Part shown: positions 17,001 through 25,927 of the stretch, one piece after another
How positions within the stretch are numbered: the first letter of the stretch is position 1
Layout: every line of letters starts with the position of its first letter
Assembly: GCA_000092065.1 (NCBI GenBank)
Contig: CP000594.1
Source: Ostreococcus lucimarinus
Lineage: Eukaryota
Direction: 5' to 3' (one strand)
DNA: 64,000 nt
Notes under the pieces: model-generated
Databases searched by the model: none
What the model saw: only the letters and a program-made list of their open reading frames with translations
What the model was told of the DNA's origin: nothing
Made by a program: the position numbers and the translations under genes

Positions 17001-18226
17001 GAATCGATGCATGAGCGCACGAGCGAAATCAACGCTTCGGCGACCTCGGTCGCAACGCCCTCATGAGGCGACGCGAAGAGCTTCACGAGGGAATGAAACG
17101 TCGTCGGCAACGCTTTTGCAGAGGCTTGCGCGTCGATGGCGTGGAGCTTACACTGCGCGCGAGAGAGCAAGCGCGCCAAAGAAATCACCATCGTCGGCGC
17201 CGTGTTCAAGTTCGCATTCGCCACGGCGGCGATGGGCGCCATCAGCCCTACGATCGTGTCCGCGCTCACGCCTTCGCTGCCGTCATCGGCATCCATCGTG
17301 GGCGAATTTGCGAGCGCCAGAAGCGCTTCCGTGGCGTGTTGCGTGAGCAAAGGCTCATCCAAATCCAATAATCCCGCGCACGCATCCGCGCACGCCCCGC
17401 ACGCGGGTTCGGCGAGTTCGGGCAACAAAACCTTCATCGCGCCGAGCATGTACAGCGCCTCCGTCGCCGCCGCCGTCGCGCGCGCGCGAGCATCTTTCGC
17501 ACCCGCCGCACCTCGCGCCTTTTGCATCTCCGCCGCCGCGCGTTCGGGCGCCTCGCCAATCTTTCTCGCGAACGCCGCCGTCATCTCCCCGTACGCCGCC
17601 GCGCGCGCCGCGTCCCCACGCACCCTTCGCACGACGTCTCCCAGCGCGTGCACCGCCGCCTTCCGCACCTTTGGCCTTCCATCGATCGACAGATTCAACG
17701 TCGCCTGAAACGCGCGCTTCCCGTGTTTCTCGCTCGTCTCTCCTCCCGACTCGCCCTTCGTCGTCGCCGCCGCCGCCGCGCACGACGCCAACAATCTCGC
17801 CACGTGTCGCATGCTCTTCGGCGACCTCTCGCTCACCACTCGTCCGCATCCCATCACCACCTCGATCGTCCGCTCCATCTTCGCCCGTATCACGCGTCCA
17901 TCGACGTCCGCCGCCGCCTCGGCCGCGCACGCGCACACCGCCTCGAGCGCCTCCAGCGCGTCCTCGCTCCCGTCCGTCCCCGCCCGCGCGCTCGCCCGCT
18001 CCAGCGCCCCGAACGCCGCCGCGAACACCGACGTCGCGTTCACTCGCATGTCTCCCTCCGCGATCGCGCGCTCGACCGCGTCGCACGCGCGCACGACGCG
18101 CGCCGAGCTCGCGCTCGCGCTTCGTCCGTGCGCGCGCCGCAACCGCTCGAGCGCGCCCTCGGGCGTCGCGCGCGCGTCGCGCGCGTCCGCGGTCGGGCGC
18201 GCGTCGTCGTCATCGCTCGACGCCAT
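14003..18226 (-). CDS. RRP12: RRP12-like HEAT-repeat pre-ribosome nuclear export factor, about 1407 aa.
   Basis: The C-terminal region (KNRFKLKVRVVLERMCKRCGYEVVEASMPKEHMALIAHIKREETRLEKKKK), followed by an acidic/basic tail, matches the RRP12 C-terminus. Long HEAT-like repeats lie upstream. Start is placed at the ATG at 18226 (MASSDDDD), not the GC-rich extension to 18439. Confidence 0.7.
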   Translation of the reverse strand: MASSDDDDARPTADARDARATPEGALERLRRAHGRSASASSARVVRACDAVERAIAEGDMRVNATSVFAAAFGALERASARAGTDGSEDALEALEAVCACAAEAAADVDGRVIRAKMERTIEVVMGCGRVVSERSPKSMRHVARLLASCAAAAATTKGESGGETSEKHGKRAFQATLNLSIDGRPKVRKAAVHALGDVVRRVRGDAARAAAYGEMTAAFARKIGEAPERAAAEMQKARGAAGAKDARARATAAATEALYMLGAMKVLLPELAEPACGACADACAGLLDLDEPLLTQHATEALLALANSPTMDADDGSEGVSADTIVGLMAPIAAVANANLNTAPTMVISLARLLSRAQCKLHAIDAQASAKALPTTFHSLVKLFASPHEGVATEVAEALISLVRSCIDSGMVQEGIKAIASARAAGKSAPSKPTTLMSVASSIESAIGFRYRGAWAVSIPVATCAFMRLGPASGPILAGTLNALGEMGEHASELMCKQQLQDCITAAIQAIGPEQVLASLPLKLEEAIDAELANRQGDGDGMEVDEQDVMNAASQETGRLWLVPLLRSGLVGANMGFFADAILPQARALGARAEHARNSQSSYEAQRCGAAEHALWSLFPAFANWPSDASDAFPLIAKDLGNALSSRIDLQGPICEGLKRLIRQGRIGAGVYEVDDDDEAGDGASTIAAGEPNDDQMPATFTVDIAEAQLAAVSKYARNFLPILFNLFVSSPTSRRGELSHTIGAFAKVTDQAQLGGFFRTVLRKLVKVTADDPGAPDALVEGGDDKTARRCTFMDLVFALVSGLDDQGLEMVYKIAKPACLEKESVIQKRAYKLLNELCEAQDGKWLEPRAAEIEELLVSGVDCCLPSARRYRLKVIGKILPALQERDAAADAEEGGDGAGSIAETGSLTVLLSELILATKETNARTRTLAYQLLISIPRSIERKNAEAARGVARSGNAGVAAWLGAATEEEDDEAMETEQMGVGVRRFFLTVLAGIVGSSPQMQSATIMALARLLYEFSSALVSTVPELLPAVCALLEGKSREVVKSCLGFVKVVVVRLPQQDLAAELPRLVPALLHWSEDSKNRFKLKVRVVLERMCKRCGYEVVEASMPKEHMALIAHIKREETRLEKKKKSSVAGSEHGAKSTRTARRSEWRDGDIFSDDEGDDSDDGRSRRSGRGGRDGGSFAPASRRGGGEGPRSAAAAAAKRATGGARLPASGDAPLDLLDDSAMRRSMLPQGERRRVKFEDDDDDSGYRTGADGKLMIVEESEGAKRRREEEEDNASEGGRSRYTSKTGKSRGAATARTNATGKSSRTVGTHNSNGVKRQRTTHERHSADLYKAKGKTTGDVYSKQTKLEPYAYWPLDPKLLNRRNSKKVAARAQLGGVVKSAKAAGILRGKKSKREV

Positions 18227-18805
18227 CGCGTCGAGCGCGTCGAGCGCGTCGAGCGTCGGCGCGCGCGCGAATGGCGTCGCGCGCGCGTGGCGGCGGATGG
18301 CGGCGATCGACGTCGCGCGCTCGATCCGACGCCGTTCGCGCGGCGCGCGCGGAGGGGCGCGCGCGAGCGTTTTTATCGGCGAGTCCGTCCGCGCGACGAC
18401 GCGCGATGACTCGCGTCGCGTCCACGCGCGACGATTCATTCATTCGTGCATTCATTCACGGTTCGCTGGCTACCGCTAACGCGCGCGCCGGCGCTGGCTA
18501 TCGCCGATGCGCGCGACGACGCGCGCGCGATCACGCGCCCTCGAGCGTCGCCGCGCGCGCCTCGCGCACGGCGCCCGCGAAGGCGTAGAACTGCGCGACG
18601 CTCATCTCCATCTGCTCGAACCAACGCCCGTCTCGCGCGTCGTCGTCGCTTCGCGCGTCGTCGTCCTCGAGCGTCAGCCTGACGACGACGCGCGAGACGC
18701 CGCTGGCGTTCGTCTCGCTCGTGCTCGCGGTCACGGCGAGGCGCCAGGCGAGATCGACGCACCGCGGCGGCATGGAGTGCGGCGCGCGCGGGACACCGCG
18801 ACGCG

Positions 18806-19816
18806 ATGGCGAACCCGTTCGCGACGCTCGACGGCGACGCGCGCGGCGACGACGGGCGAGACGACGGCGAGAGTGGCGACGCGGCGCGCGGCGCGCGCGC
18901 GGCGACGGCGGCGACGCGCGCGAGACGGACGACGACGACGACGACGAGGGCGGCGAAGAAGCGCGAGACGGCGGCGCGGCGAGCCGAGGCGGAGGCGATG
19001 CGCGCGCGCGCGCACGCGGCGATGGCGATGGAAAAACGAGAGGACGATCGTTGGGGGAAGGTGGCGAAGGGATCGGGAATCGCGAGGAAGGCGGCGAAGG
19101 AGATGGCGAAGACGATGACGACGACGGCGGCGAGGGACGACGACGACGCGACTGGAGAGACGACGACGGAGACGACGGAGACGACGGAGACGACGACGAC
19201 GACGAGTGATGCGATGGCGAAGGTGAGTGAGGTGTTCTGGCACACGTTCGAGGACACGGGGGCGTCGTGTTGGTGCGTGCGAGTGGAGGACGAGGACGGC
19301 GAGTCGACGACGATGTCGATTACGAAATCCGTGCCTCGCGCGAGAAAAATTCCGAGCGATGGGGGCGAACGACCGGTGTTGGTGAGCGGCGAGATTCGAC
19401 TATTACTCGCTGAGTGGGACGATCGCACGCGCATCGATCGAGCGAGGCGCGCGAAGGCGAAATTGAAGGCGGCCAAGGCGGCGGCCAAGGCGGCCGCGGA
19501 GGCGGCCGAGGCGCCGGCCGAGGCGCCGGCCGAGGCGCCGGCGGTCGAGACATCGCCCGCGCCGGTGGCGGAGACGCTGTCCGCGGCACCGCCTGATTTC
19601 GGCGCGACGCGTAGAGCGCCGCCGCCCGGGTTCGAAAAACCTGCGTTTCGAGTCGTGCACGTGCCGGTTGTCGATCCTGCTGTCGAGGCGAGGCAACGCG
19701 AGCTCGAGGCGCAAGTCGCGGCGTTGCAAGCGCAACTCGCCGCACAGCAGATGATGCAACAGACGACGTACGCGCCACCGCCGCCAAGCTTTTCGGGAGG
19801 ATCATCGATCTGGTAA
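18806..19816 (+). CDS. Hypothetical low-complexity protein, rich in D/E/R/A/T with coiled-coil Ala-Gln stretches.
   Basis: ATG-initiated 336-aa ORF with internal tandem repeats (ETT x3, AEAP x3). Contains a non-repetitive core (VSEVFWHTFEDTGASCWCVRVEDEDGESTTMSITKSV). Sits between two minus-strand genes. No family recognised. Confidence 0.35.
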   Translation: MANPFATLDGDARGDDGRDDGESGDAARGARAATAATRARRTTTTTTRAAKKRETAARRAEAEAMRARAHAAMAMEKREDDRWGKVAKGSGIARKAAKEMAKTMTTTAARDDDDATGETTTETTETTETTTTTSDAMAKVSEVFWHTFEDTGASCWCVRVEDEDGESTTMSITKSVPRARKIPSDGGERPVLVSGEIRLLLAEWDDRTRIDRARRAKAKLKAAKAAAKAAAEAAEAPAEAPAEAPAVETSPAPVAETLSAAPPDFGATRRAPPPGFEKPAFRVVHVPVVDPAVEARQRELEAQVAALQAQLAAQQMMQQTTYAPPPPSFSGGSSIW

Positions 19817-19891
19817 CTCGTTATTTGTTCGTTGTAATTGTCACATTGACAAATCTAGCAAACGCGAGCGCAAAATAATCTACAAATAATC

Positions 19892-20344
19892 TCAAGACGA
19901 TTCTTCGTCGTCGCAACGCTGGAACTCGAGCTTCATCTTTCGAGGCGCGGGCCACGTAGAGATAGCCGCCATAACGACGTCGAACGACTCTCCACGAGTG
20001 GAAAATCTGATTTGCTCTTCGCCTTTTTTAACGCTCACTCCGCCGTAGTCCATTTCGCTGTTGAACACGATCGCCGACGTAGCGATTAATCTATCACCCA
20101 CGCTAATCAGGCCGCTCTGCTCGGCCGCACCGCCGGGCACGAGTTCTTCGACAAAAATATTTCCATTTTTATCGTTCGCCAGAAACATGCCGAGCGGTTT
20201 CTTCAGTTCCACCGCGTATCTCGCGCATCCCGGGGGAACCGGTTCGTCGTCCGCCGCCGCCGCGCGGCGGCGGGTGAGCCGACGCCGAGACGGTCCCGCG
20301 CGCGGCGTCGCGACGGCGCAACGAATGGCAGCACTCGTTGTCAT
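19892..20344 (-). CDS. Small PDZ-domain protein with a chloroplast-transit-like N-terminus.
   Basis: ATG at 20344. N-terminus MTTSAAIRCAVATPRAGPSRRRLTRRRAAAA is S/T/A/R-rich. PDZ-like core: YAVELKKPLGMFLANDKNGNIFVEELVPGGAAEQSGLISVGDRLIATSAIVF. Confidence 0.6.
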   Translation of the reverse strand: MTTSAAIRCAVATPRAGPSRRRLTRRRAAAADDEPVPPGCARYAVELKKPLGMFLANDKNGNIFVEELVPGGAAEQSGLISVGDRLIATSAIVFNSEMDYGGVSVKKGEEQIRFSTRGESFDVVMAAISTWPAPRKMKLEFQRCDDEESS

Positions 20345-21545
20345 CTGCGTTCGAAAATAAGAAGCGAAAAAGTGAAAATGTCAGTCTTCGTCCGCTCGCT
20401 CGTTCATCGTCTCAGAGAGTATGGTCACAAAATATCCACATTGGGTATTCGGTAAAGTTTTTGGGTTAAGGTTTTCATCTTCCTTGACGACGGCGCGATT
20501 GAAGTCGAAGAAAAACGAACGTCGAGAACGACGACGACGACGACGGATGTAGCAGGGGTTCTAGAGGCCGTTAGTCATGGACAGACACGAAGCCCGCTTT
20601 ACCCAAGCGTCACTCTACGGGCGTCTTCTGACGCGTCCGCGAATCTTTGAATCGCGGCGCGCACGTTCGAGATAAATCTCGCACCCAACATCGATCGAAA
20701 AGTAAAATGAATCCATTCAGCGGCGTGTCAGTGTTTCGTGAATCTTTTCACCGCGCCGAAACGCTCTAAAGGTGTCCTAAGATATATTGACGAAGTCATC
20801 ACCCACACCGCCGAAACGGCGAGAAAAACCAAACAAACAAACCAACGATCGCGTCAGGAATCAAAAATGATTTCGTTTCAAAGGAAGCCACTGAACACGG
20901 AGTCCTCAATTGAACTATGCCTTGATTCGAGCATCACCCGCGTCGTCGTCCGTCGTCTTCGTCGTCTTCGTCGTCGCTCGACGAGAGAAAAATCCACCCG
21001 CCGCTCGCGCGCGTTTCCAAGCCTCAGCTTAACGAGATTCACAAGTTTGATCGTCACCGAAATCAGATGGTACGGACAAGTGTGTCTCATCATCGGCTTC
21101 GCGCGCGCGACGGGCGGTCGCGCGTTTTCGTTTATCCGGCTAGCGTTCCGGCGTCGCGGGACCGGCCCGCGCGCCTCGCTCACGGTTCGCCGCGTCTCGC
21201 GCGTCGCTCGCGCTCTCGCGCCCGTCCCGAGAGACGCGCGCTCGATCGCGTGCGTCATCGCTCGACGGTGGTTTATCTCGGCGCGACCGAGCGCTGCGCG
21301 CGTCATGAGCGGGACGCGGCAGTGACTCTAGAGTGGATCGGCCTCTCGCGTTCTCGCGCGTCGCGTCGTCGTCGTCGTCGTCGTCGTCCTCGTCGCGTCG
21401 CGTCGCGTCGTCGCGCACCTCGTCGCGCGTCTCTCGCGCGCGCGTCTCGCGTTCGCGCGCGCTCGCGTCGCGCGGTGCGGTCGGGTCCGATTCGCCGCCG
21501 CCGCCGCACACCGCGACGCCGCGTCGACGCGCCGCGACGACGCGC

Positions 21546-22580
21546 ATGGAGACGGACGCCGACACCGGACGGGTGCGCGTGAAACCTGCGCTCGAGGCCG
21601 TGCGCGCGCACGACGGCCCGCTCGAGATCGATCTCGGGACGCTGCGCGTCGTCGACGCCGCGCCGCTCGATGTCACCGCCGCCGACTCGGGCGAGGCGGA
21701 GGCGCACGCGCGCGAGCGCGCGCGAGACGTCCTCCAGCGCCTGGTCGCGGAGTTGTTCGCGCTGCCGAGCGAAACGGACGCGCACGGACGGTTCGCGCAG
21801 TTGCCCGAACCGACGACGACGTTCCCGAGGCTGCGCGCGTTGCCCCCGAGCGAGGCGCCGCTGACGAAGTGGGAAAAGTTCGCGAAGGAGAAGGGGATCA
21901 AGAAACGGAAGCGAAGCAAGGAGGTGTTCGATGAGAAGACGGATGAATGGAAACGGCGGTATGGGTATCAACGCGCGAGGGACGGGAACGATGTCATCAT
22001 CGCGCCGGGGAAGATGACGGACGTGCCGGGGAAGACGGAGGACCCGTTTACGCGCGAGGAGCGAGAGAAACGGGAACGGACGTTGAAGAATCGAGAGAAA
22101 CAAGATAAGAATTTGATGAACGCGGTGGCGGAGAAGGGTGCGAAGGCGTTACCGCCGACGCTGCGATTGGCGGTGACTGGTAAGAAGGACTCCGTGGGGA
22201 GCGGGAAGCTAGGGAAACGGGAGATGAAGGACGTGGCGGCGCGCGTCTCGCACTCCACGGCGTCGGTCGGCAAATTCAACGCCCCAGTGCCGGGAGACGA
22301 TAAGGTCAAGGTTCGCGGCAAGCGACGTCAGTTTGCGAGCGTGACGGATATGGATTCTGAGCGTAAGAAGAGCTCGGAAATCATCGATAAGTTGCTCGCG
22401 AAGGAGAAGCGCGGCGGCGTCGTCGACGTCAACGCGGCGGCGCGGAAGATTCAGCAAGAGAAGGAAAAGGCGAACCGCGTGAGCAAGCGCAAGAAGGCTG
22501 ACGGCGAGAGTAAGGAGCGGGCGTCCGGTAAGCGAGGGAAACCATCCGCAGCCGGAGGCGCTCGCGCGAAGAAGAAGTGA
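21546..22580 (+). CDS. RRS1: RRS1 ribosome biogenesis regulatory protein homolog.
   Basis: LPEPTTTFPRLRALPPSEAPLTKWEKFAKEKGIKKRKRSKEVFDEKTDEWKRRYGYQRARDG and TASVGKF motifs match RRS1. The first ATG is at 21546 (METDADTG...). The listed start at 21333 is a GTG. Confidence 0.8.
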   Translation: METDADTGRVRVKPALEAVRAHDGPLEIDLGTLRVVDAAPLDVTAADSGEAEAHARERARDVLQRLVAELFALPSETDAHGRFAQLPEPTTTFPRLRALPPSEAPLTKWEKFAKEKGIKKRKRSKEVFDEKTDEWKRRYGYQRARDGNDVIIAPGKMTDVPGKTEDPFTREEREKRERTLKNREKQDKNLMNAVAEKGAKALPPTLRLAVTGKKDSVGSGKLGKREMKDVAARVSHSTASVGKFNAPVPGDDKVKVRGKRRQFASVTDMDSERKKSSEIIDKLLAKEKRGGVVDVNAAARKIQQEKEKANRVSKRKKADGESKERASGKRGKPSAAGGARAKKK

Positions 22581-22739
22581 TTAGATTGTGATATAACCAA
22601 ACGACGACACGACGTTAAAGAACCGTAACAAACATCGCGAGTACATGTCGCGACCCGGGGCGACCACGACTTATGTTCCCTCGTATAGTTGCGTCTTCTC
22701 ATAGTGATTTGAAGTCGTAAAGTATGAAAAAAGTTGGTG

Positions 22740-22837
22740 ATCAACAGGTCCGGAGTTCGATTCTCCGAGGCCCCTACGACAGACCCATACCTAGGGCACT
22801 CGGGGTCTTAGCTCAGTGGTAGAGCGGTTGACTGCAG
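22740..22837 (+). tRNA. Circularly permuted tRNA-Cys(GCA) gene. The 3' half (22740-22775) lies upstream, then a 26-nt linker (22776-22801), then the 5' half (22802-22837).
   Basis: 5' half GGGGTCTTAGCTCAGTGGTAGAGCGGTTGACTGCAG carries the acceptor 5' strand, a D-arm with the A box, the anticodon stem 5' strand, and CUGCAG of the anticodon loop. The upstream 3' half ATCAACAGGTCCGGAGTTCGATTCTCCGAGGCCCCT carries anticodon stem 3' strand TCAAC, T-arm CGGAG-TTCGATT-CTCCG with the B box, acceptor 3' strand AGGCCCC and discriminator T. The joined halves give a canonical cloverleaf nearly identical to animal and plant tRNA-Cys-GCA. The junction is at position 37/38. Confidence 0.85.
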
Positions 22838-22971
22838 TTAAAAACCATTTCTTTTTTGGACGTTTCTCGTCTCGACGCGTTTAGGGCACTCGGGGTCTTA
22901 GCTCAGTGGTAGAGCGGTTGACTGCAGTTAAAAACCATTTCTTTTTTGGACGTTTCTCGTCTCGACGCGTA
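22792..22971 (+). repeat. Perfect 90-bp tandem duplication. Each unit holds the tRNA-Cys 5' half plus the T6 terminator. The second unit (5' half at 22892-22927) has no 3' half in front of it.
   Basis: The unit tagggcactcggggtcttagctcagtggtagagcggttgactgcagttaaaaaccatttcttttttggacgtttctcgtctcgacgcgt occurs twice, back to back. Confidence 0.9.
22852..22857 (+). terminator. T6 RNA polymerase III terminator directly after the 5' half of the permuted tRNA-Cys. A second T6 at 22942-22947 follows the duplicated copy.
   Basis: TTTTTT lies 15 nt downstream of the 5' half, as expected for a permuted tRNA transcription unit. Confidence 0.6.
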
Positions 22972-23067
22972 ACGCGATAGACGTGCGCGCGCCGACGTGT
23001 CTTCGTGATGTCTTCGTCTAAATCAGCACTTCACTTTTTATCACAATAGTTGACGACGACGACGCGT

Positions 23068-24864
23068 CTATTTCTTCGCGACGACTTGCGCGAAGCTCAC
23101 TTTGACCTTCTTCGCCGCCGCGGTCTCCGTCCCCGCGTGTAAATCATCGTTGAGCGAGTCCAATTGCGTGATTGAATCGTCTTCTTGCATTTCTTTGCGT
23201 TTGCGAGCCGCCTTCGTATCGTCTCCCAGGGGCAAAGGTTTCTCTTCGGAGATTTTCTTTTCCTCGTCCTCCGCGCTCGCCGCTTTCTTCTCCTTCTCCG
23301 GCGCGTAGATGTCCTTGACGTAGCCGTCGATTTCTTCTTTCACGAAGCTCGGTAAATCCTTGCGCTTCAAATATTTGACGTTCGCCTGCATCCCGGGTAC
23401 CCAGTTCGATTCCCCAGTCGCGCGATCCATCCACGACGTCACAGTCATTTGGAACTGCTCCACCGCGGGATTCAAGTTGAGCGAAACCTTCTCCTCCTTC
23501 TTCTTCAGGCTCGAAGGAAATAACCCCAAGAACAGCGTGACGTGCGAGTTTTCGTCCTTCTCCGGATCTTTGTACCTCGACGTGCCGGGATGCGCAAGCA
23601 TTTGCCCTCCCGTGGCGTTTTCGATGCCTTGGATTAAAAGCTTGATTCGCGAGCCGACCCAACCTTCCCACTTCTTAAAGTCATCTTCGTTCTTGGCCGA
23701 GATGGTAACCATCAAATAATGCTTGTATTTTTCTAAAAAGTTCAACGAACACCACAGCTGCTCCCACTTCGCGGTGTTTAAAAGAATCATCTTGGTCACT
23801 TCCTTGCCGCGCTTGAACTCGGCTTTGAGCACCTCGAGCGTGCTGACGCTCACGTTGAACGTAGAGTTTTGCGCCGGATACGCCGGAGTTAAGATTTTCA
23901 TCAACTGATATCGCTCTGCCTTGTTCACACGCTCGTCCCACACTCGCATCCCGGGTAAGCCTTCGTCGACGATGGGTACGAGCATCACCGGCGTCGTCCA
24001 TTGCCACGCCGACCATAGTTGGAAAAAGCTGTACACGAGCATGGAAGGTGCGGCGTTGGGGTACAACTGACACACGCGCGCTACTAAAATCGCCAGGTTT
24101 ACGCCACCGAAAAACCCGACGACGTTGCTATACACCCCGCGCCGCTGCGCCCACAGACGCAACGTGCGAAGCGCCACTCGAAACGCGTCGTGGTTTGGCA
24201 CGACGCGCAACAACTGATCCGCCACGCGACAACCATTCAGGGATTTCACCCCTGGGTCGTCCAAATTCATCATCACCGACGTCTGACACACGTCTAAGTC
24301 CTCTGGCACGTGCGTGTACGACGGTAAGCTCGTGTACGCCATATCTATTTCAAAACCTCTAAACACGAGTTTGATTTCTGGCACGATGGCGTCGCGCACG
24401 GGCACGATGCTCTCCGTTCCAGGGTGTTTCCGCATCACGTCATAAAACGACCCTTCGTAATCATTCTCATCCCATCCAAAGAAATCCTCCTCTCGGCTCA
24501 GATGTCTCGGCCCGAGGCACAGCGTATCGATATCCGCAGCCGGTCCGTGCACGCCCAATCTATAGCTCCCAAACGTGTACAAGTTACACGACGGCCGCAT
24601 ATCCTCTGTGATCCCCTTTCGCTCGCTCGCCGCCAGCACCCAGTCTTGCAACAACGCGTTTATCTCCCCCAGCACCTCCTCGCGTCGCACGCACTCGTCC
24701 GCGTCTTCGTACACGTCCTCTTCCCGCAGTTTGTCATCGAGCGCCTTGCTCAACTTTTCGTCGAACGCCGTCGGCATCTCGTTCGACATCACGCGATTCA
24801 GCGCCTCCGCGGACGCCGACTGGGTCATGACCGACGGTGCGGAGGGCGTCTGCGCGCCGATCAT
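23068..24864 (-). CDS. PAP: Nuclear poly(A) polymerase.
   Basis: Nucleotidyltransferase motif YTFGSYRLGVHGPAADIDTLCLGPRH. PAP central domain and C-terminal RNA-binding region. ATG at 24864. Confidence 0.85.
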   Translation of the reverse strand: MIGAQTPSAPSVMTQSASAEALNRVMSNEMPTAFDEKLSKALDDKLREEDVYEDADECVRREEVLGEINALLQDWVLAASERKGITEDMRPSCNLYTFGSYRLGVHGPAADIDTLCLGPRHLSREEDFFGWDENDYEGSFYDVMRKHPGTESIVPVRDAIVPEIKLVFRGFEIDMAYTSLPSYTHVPEDLDVCQTSVMMNLDDPGVKSLNGCRVADQLLRVVPNHDAFRVALRTLRLWAQRRGVYSNVVGFFGGVNLAILVARVCQLYPNAAPSMLVYSFFQLWSAWQWTTPVMLVPIVDEGLPGMRVWDERVNKAERYQLMKILTPAYPAQNSTFNVSVSTLEVLKAEFKRGKEVTKMILLNTAKWEQLWCSLNFLEKYKHYLMVTISAKNEDDFKKWEGWVGSRIKLLIQGIENATGGQMLAHPGTSRYKDPEKDENSHVTLFLGLFPSSLKKKEEKVSLNLNPAVEQFQMTVTSWMDRATGESNWVPGMQANVKYLKRKDLPSFVKEEIDGYVKDIYAPEKEKKAASAEDEEKKISEEKPLPLGDDTKAARKRKEMQEDDSITQLDSLNDDLHAGTETAAAKKVKVSFAQVVAKK

Positions 24865-24991
24865 GATCGCGGGCGACGACGCGCGCGCGTCGATCGCGTC
24901 GGAGTGTGAAGTCGGGCGCGATTAATTTCGACGGCGCGACCGTATTTCGCGGCGCGCGCGCGCGCGTTCGTTCGCGCGCGATTCGGTTTCG

Positions 24992-25883
24992 ATGCTCGGG
25001 ACTCAATCTCGCGGTCACGCCGCGGGCGATCGCAAGAGCGCGCTCGTGCGCTACGGACTCGTGGCGATCGCGTTGATGAATGTCGGTGTCGAATTGATTA
25101 AGATGTACTTTGGAACGAGCGCGCGCGGCGTGGAGGGGCGATACGGACGCGTGCGCGCGGAGGTGGCGTCGGTAAATCATCGCACGTCGTCGCTCGAGCG
25201 GACGATGCCGCGCGCGGATGCGCTGGCGCCCGAGGTGGAGGAGACGCGGGCCGAAACGGCGGCGGCGACGGCGCTGGCGCCCGAGGTGGAGGAGACGACG
25301 ACGCCGGCGAACGTTCGGCGGCGAGAGAGAGAGTGCGGTTCGCCCGCCGTCGATGGCTACGCGCACGTAAATTTGACGTGCTTGGCGATGAGTGCGACGG
25401 CGAGAGAATTCGCTCACGCGTCGGCGAGCGGGCGCGAGAAGTTGCGAGCGCACATCGAAGAACACGCGTCGTACGACGGCGTGGCGGTTCGTTGGGGAAT
25501 CCATCACACGACGGAAACCGCGGAGGAGTGCGGTGAGCGGTGCAAAGAACACGTGGTAAAGCCGGACGGAATCGGTGCAGAAGTTTTGCCGTGCAACGTG
25601 TTCGTTTGGCCGTCCCAAAGACGTCGGTGAGGGCGGTTGCTTTGAACCAGACGCGCACCAGCACTTCGCGGGCGACTGTTGGCTCAAGTTTAGCGAGACT
25701 CCGGAGAACGTCGAGGTGAACCAGCGAGGGGCCAACGACGCACCTGGGTTCGTGAATAAGGATGGAAAGACGTTCGCCGAGCGACACGCGAACGCGCCGA
25801 AATTAGTCCATTGGTCGAGCGGCGTGCTGCTTCCGGAATCGATGACAGCTTCGAGCACGCTCGGGCCGCGCGCAACGTGGTAG
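24992..25883 (+). CDS. Hypothetical signal-anchor (type II-like) membrane protein. The coding frame switches from frame 2 to frame 0 near 25600-25630, by an intron or an indel.
   Basis: Two consecutive ORFs (24992-25630 and 25575-25883) overlap in different frames. The N-terminal TM is LVRYGLVAIALMNVGVELIKMYFG. A tandem 48-bp repeat encodes ALAPEVEET twice. One candidate intron is 25627-25693 (GTGAGG...TTTAG, 67 nt). Confidence 0.4.
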
Positions 25884-25927
25884 ACATGTAGAAAATTTGT
25901 TGTTATACATATACTTGTACACTTTGA

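Noticed and set aside
17355-18588. Long ORFs antisense to RRP12 and in other frames (17355-18086, 17522-18409, 17671-18588, 17811-18479), with Arg/Ala/Pro-rich translations.
   Set aside because: Typical stop-codon-poor shadow frames of very GC-rich coding DNA. The sense-strand RRP12 homology explains the region.
21067-22103. Minus-strand ORFs 21140-21919 and 21303-22103 overlapping RRS1.
   Set aside because: Antisense shadow of the RRS1 coding region and its GC-rich leader.
22740-22975. Possibility that the repeated tRNA-like units are a CRISPR-like or satellite array.
   Set aside because: There are only two identical units, each is a tRNA half with a Pol III terminator, and the context is eukaryotic.
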